53,818 nucleotides of DNA, taken from IMG/VR virus record IMGVR_UViG_3300034072_000606, positions 1-53,818 of that record; one strand, 5' to 3'. The position numbers were made by a program, and so were the translations under genes. The stretch is from a virus (lineage: Duplodnaviria; Caudoviricetes). Below, in pieces: positions 51,347 to 53,818 of this stretch. The notes beneath the pieces are model-generated. The model was not told the DNA's origin and ran no database searches. It saw nothing but the letters and a program-made list of their open reading frames with translations. Position 1 is the first letter of the stretch, and each line of letters begins with the position of its first letter.

Positions 51347-53720
51347 TTTCGGTCTCCTTGAGCTCGCCTTGTTCTTCGGCCTCTTCAGCAACGCTGACAT
51401 CAGGCCACTGATAAGGCCCGCCGAAGCGCTCATCAAAGTGAGCTCGCGCCTCATTCAGACCCGGGAAGGCGTAAAACCACGACTTGGTCTTCCGGTAGGT
51501 CGGATGCCCAAAGCGGTCGATCACCTCAACTTCAGCCATCTTCTGGAAGGTCTGCGGAAAGACCCCGGGGAGGACCTTCTTGAGGAACTTGCCCAGACCG
51601 GTCGGGGAGGCGCGGCGGTTGATCTTCTGCCGTTCGCAATACGCAAGATAGTCCTTCTGAAGGTCGAGCTTGGTGACTTCCGGCTTCCAGAAATCGCCAA
51701 TCAAATGTCCTTCGTTGAGCTTCTCGAACCACCACTGCTCCTCCGGGCTCATGGACATAATCTTCTGGTCCTGAAGGGCCTGGGTCTTGGGGAATTTGCG
51801 GACTTCGAAGTTGCTCAGGTCCCGGGTCTTCAGCAGATGAAGCAGGGCCTCGCGACCACCATTGTCCATCTGCTTCTGGATCGCGGCGAAGTAAGCCCCG
51901 TTCTGCATCGCCGTATCGCCAACGTCAATGATACAATAGCGCCGCTCGTCAGACCCGGCTGGCACCACCCAATCATCGTTGGAGGCCATACCAAGATGAA
52001 CGAAGTTGGAGGCCATTTCAGCGTCCACGCCCTTACTTTCGACCATCAGCAGGTCTTCAGTGATCAGCGTCTTCATGATGCTCTCGTGCTTCTTGTCGCC
52101 GGCATAGAAAGCCTCGTCGCCGAAGAGGAACACGCAGTCACGAAGGTGTGAGTTGAAGTTACCGACAAGATGTTTTGAGTCAGACACGTGAAGGTAATGA
52201 CGTCCCCAGAGCGATCCGAAATGCTTGAAGACGACGCCCTTGCCGGCACCCATTCGACCGCGCAGCACTAGCGCGACTTGGCCGGGGCTGTCGGGCTCCT
52301 GAACGGCGCGAGCCATCCAGTTGATGACGTATTCGCTCAGTTCCTCGTTGCCTTGGCAAACGTTCTCCTTGATGTGCTTCAGGAGCAATCCGCAATCGCC
52401 GGGGCGGGCCTCGCAAGAGAACCCCTGCCACAGATTGTAACTGTCAGAGACCTCCTTGCCCGGGGCGAAGACAATCGTGCGATATTGGCGGCGGTTCGTG
52501 TTTTCAAGCCACCACTTGCCCAAGGGCTTGCGCACGTCATTGCCGTCCTTGTCCTGACCCACGACAACCTGGATATGCATATAGCGGTTGCGGAAGTCGT
52601 CAAACGACTGACGGGATAGGCGGTGACGCTTGAGGGCCGGGTCCCAGACCTCACTCACCACGCGACATTTACCGCCGATGTCCTCAATCACGGCGTGTTT
52701 CTCGTTCAGCTCGCGCAGCCAAGGGTCAATGGCGTCTTCCTTGGCTCGCTGAATTTGACGAGCGAGGTATTGCTGGGGCCGGGGCTGGTCCAGGACGTGA
52801 CCGCTGATCAAATAGTCCGGGTCCAGGAAGATCGAAGCAATCTGATCATCTGTACAACCGTTGCGCACCAGCTCGCACATCACGTGCCAAGTCGCTTCCG
52901 ACCGCGAGCCCCACCGGGTCGGGTCGTCAGGATCGTCACCGTTGACGATGAGAGCCTTGGTGCGAGCCGTAACGGCTGAAGGCAGGTCGTCAAGGTCGAT
53001 GGTCGGAAGGTTGCCGCTGATCTGAACCTGCGGGCCGCTGCTGGTGGTCGTTGAGCCGGGGGTTTGGACGCGGGCGGCGGCTGTGAACTGCTTCAGGCTA
53101 TAGACCCGATCCCAATCAGCCTCCACGATACAGGCCAGATAGGTCCCGCGACCCTTCTTGCGCTTCTTCGCATTCGGCACGTTGATCGTACCGGGCAGGC
53201 GCATAATGCGGTCGATGTTGTGGCAGGAGTCAGCCTGCGTCAACACTTCGATCTGGAGATTGTACGCCTCCAGCTCTGCGGATCGGTCAAGGTCGCCGTC
53301 AGTGCGTTGCTCCTCGTCTAGCAACCAGAAGCCCTGATAGCCGCCGCCTGAATCAATGATTACAGTCGGTGGCGGCGTGAACCCCCTCAACAGGGATAGC
53401 GCCCGCTTGCGCTCGCTCTCCATCTCCTCGCCGGGTCGCGGATCGATATCCACGTGGAGCGCCGCCATAGCCCGGATATCTTCTTTTTTGGGCTTCATGT
53501 TCATCGGGCGCAGGAGCGGATTCACCGTGAAATAGATATTCTCCCGGCCTTGACGGTCGTCAATCCATTTACGGGCGTTCTTAGCGCGGTCGGGACCGGG
53601 TTGAAACGTCACTGTAATAATCTTGCCGTCCGGCACAATAGCGGTCAGCTGCCAGTTGTCTTCAGGAGCCCAGGCCTGAAGAAACTGGATTGATTCGGAT
53701 GTATTTCCCTTGATAGTCAT
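51330..53720 (-). CDS. Primase-helicase (RepB/AEP-like primase plus SF3 D5-like helicase)
   Basis: YF.VN, HVDID, SGGGYQ.FW, RIMRLPGT.N, SRSE, G..GAGKG, F.DE, EXKG, SN, DERRY. Confidence 0.9.
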   Translation of the reverse strand: MTIKGNTSESIQFLQAWAPEDNWQLTAIVPDGKIITVTFQPGPDRAKNARKWIDDRQGRENIYFTVNPLLRPMNMKPKKEDIRAMAALHVDIDPRPGEEMESERKRALSLLRGFTPPPTVIIDSGGGYQGFWLLDEEQRTDGDLDRSAELEAYNLQIEVLTQADSCHNIDRIMRLPGTINVPNAKKRKKGRGTYLACIVEADWDRVYSLKQFTAAARVQTPGSTTTSSGPQVQISGNLPTIDLDDLPSAVTARTKALIVNGDDPDDPTRWGSRSEATWHVMCELVRNGCTDDQIASIFLDPDYLISGHVLDQPRPQQYLARQIQRAKEDAIDPWLRELNEKHAVIEDIGGKCRVVSEVWDPALKRHRLSRQSFDDFRNRYMHIQVVVGQDKDGNDVRKPLGKWWLENTNRRQYRTIVFAPGKEVSDSYNLWQGFSCEARPGDCGLLLKHIKENVCQGNEELSEYVINWMARAVQEPDSPGQVALVLRGRMGAGKGVVFKHFGSLWGRHYLHVSDSKHLVGNFNSHLRDCVFLFGDEAFYAGDKKHESIMKTLITEDLLMVESKGVDAEMASNFVHLGMASNDDWVVPAGSDERRYCIIDVGDTAMQNGAYFAAIQKQMDNGGREALLHLLKTRDLSNFEVRKFPKTQALQDQKIMSMSPEEQWWFEKLNEGHLIGDFWKPEVTKLDLQKDYLAYCERQKINRRASPTGLGKFLKKVLPGVFPQTFQKMAEVEVIDRFGHPTYRKTKSWFYAFPGLNEARAHFDERFGGPYQWPDVSVAEEAEEQGELKETESDTPF

Positions 53721-53818
53721 TTCGTTCTCTTGTAACAAGAAGCCCAATAGGCAAGATCGGTCGGGTTTTGAAAGACGCGGTAACATTCGCGCCTTATCGT
53801 TTCTTCAGTCGGCGCGTC
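53666..53818 (+). repeat. Terminal direct repeat (assembly overlap), copy 2
   Basis: Matches 1-153 with two mismatches (53792, 53795). Confidence 0.97.

Larger units (their letters stand above)
1..53818. mobile_element. Complete circularly assembled tailed phage genome (contractile tail, apparently virulent)
   Basis: Full head, tail, lysis and replication gene set. 153-bp end overlap. The ORF ending at 52 is ATGA-coupled to the primase start (55 = 53720) across the junction. No host genes or integrase seen. Confidence 0.95.

Noticed and set aside
103-53693. Long plus-strand ORFs (e.g. 36714-38339, 13530-14441, 33591-34490, 40455-41414)
   Set aside because: They are antisense shadows of well-supported minus-strand genes in GC-rich DNA, with no motifs or RBS.
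1-53818. Lysogeny module (integrase, CI repressor, ParA, protelomerase)
   Set aside because: No such motifs were recognised and there is no divergent transcription unit.

Overview
The window is a complete, circularly assembled tailed-phage genome of about 53.67 kb. Bases 1-153 recur at 53666-53818. Essentially every credible gene is on the minus strand, and I found no integrase, repressor, tRNA or CRISPR array, so the phage looks virulent. The host is probably an alphaproteobacterium (inference from protein flavour only). One half (45.3 to 20.7 kb) is a contractile-tail virion and lysis module: terminases, portal, protease, capsid, sheath, tube, frameshifted chaperone, tape measure, baseplate, fibres, M15 endolysin, holin and spanins. 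The other half carries early genes, replication genes (PolA, primase-helicase, SNF2 and RecD-like helicases, SSB, class II RNR) and a thymidine-hypermodification operon. Highlights: (1) a 5-hmdU pathway with a DNA kinase, two aGPT-PPlase clades and a flavoenzyme but no recognisable acetyltransferase, PLP or radical-SAM step; (2) a portal with a C-terminal Acb1-like 2H phosphodiesterase behind a putative protease site; (3) two homologous ~260-bp AT-rich iteron/palindrome elements that bracket the virion module; (4) a DnaA-box-like 9-mer (TTATCCCCG) at fixed positions in six promoters, together with a stand-alone DnaA domain-IV gene. All family and DUF assignments come from motif recognition by eye, not from database searches. 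Several start sites were moved from the ORF track using RBS and stop/start overlaps.
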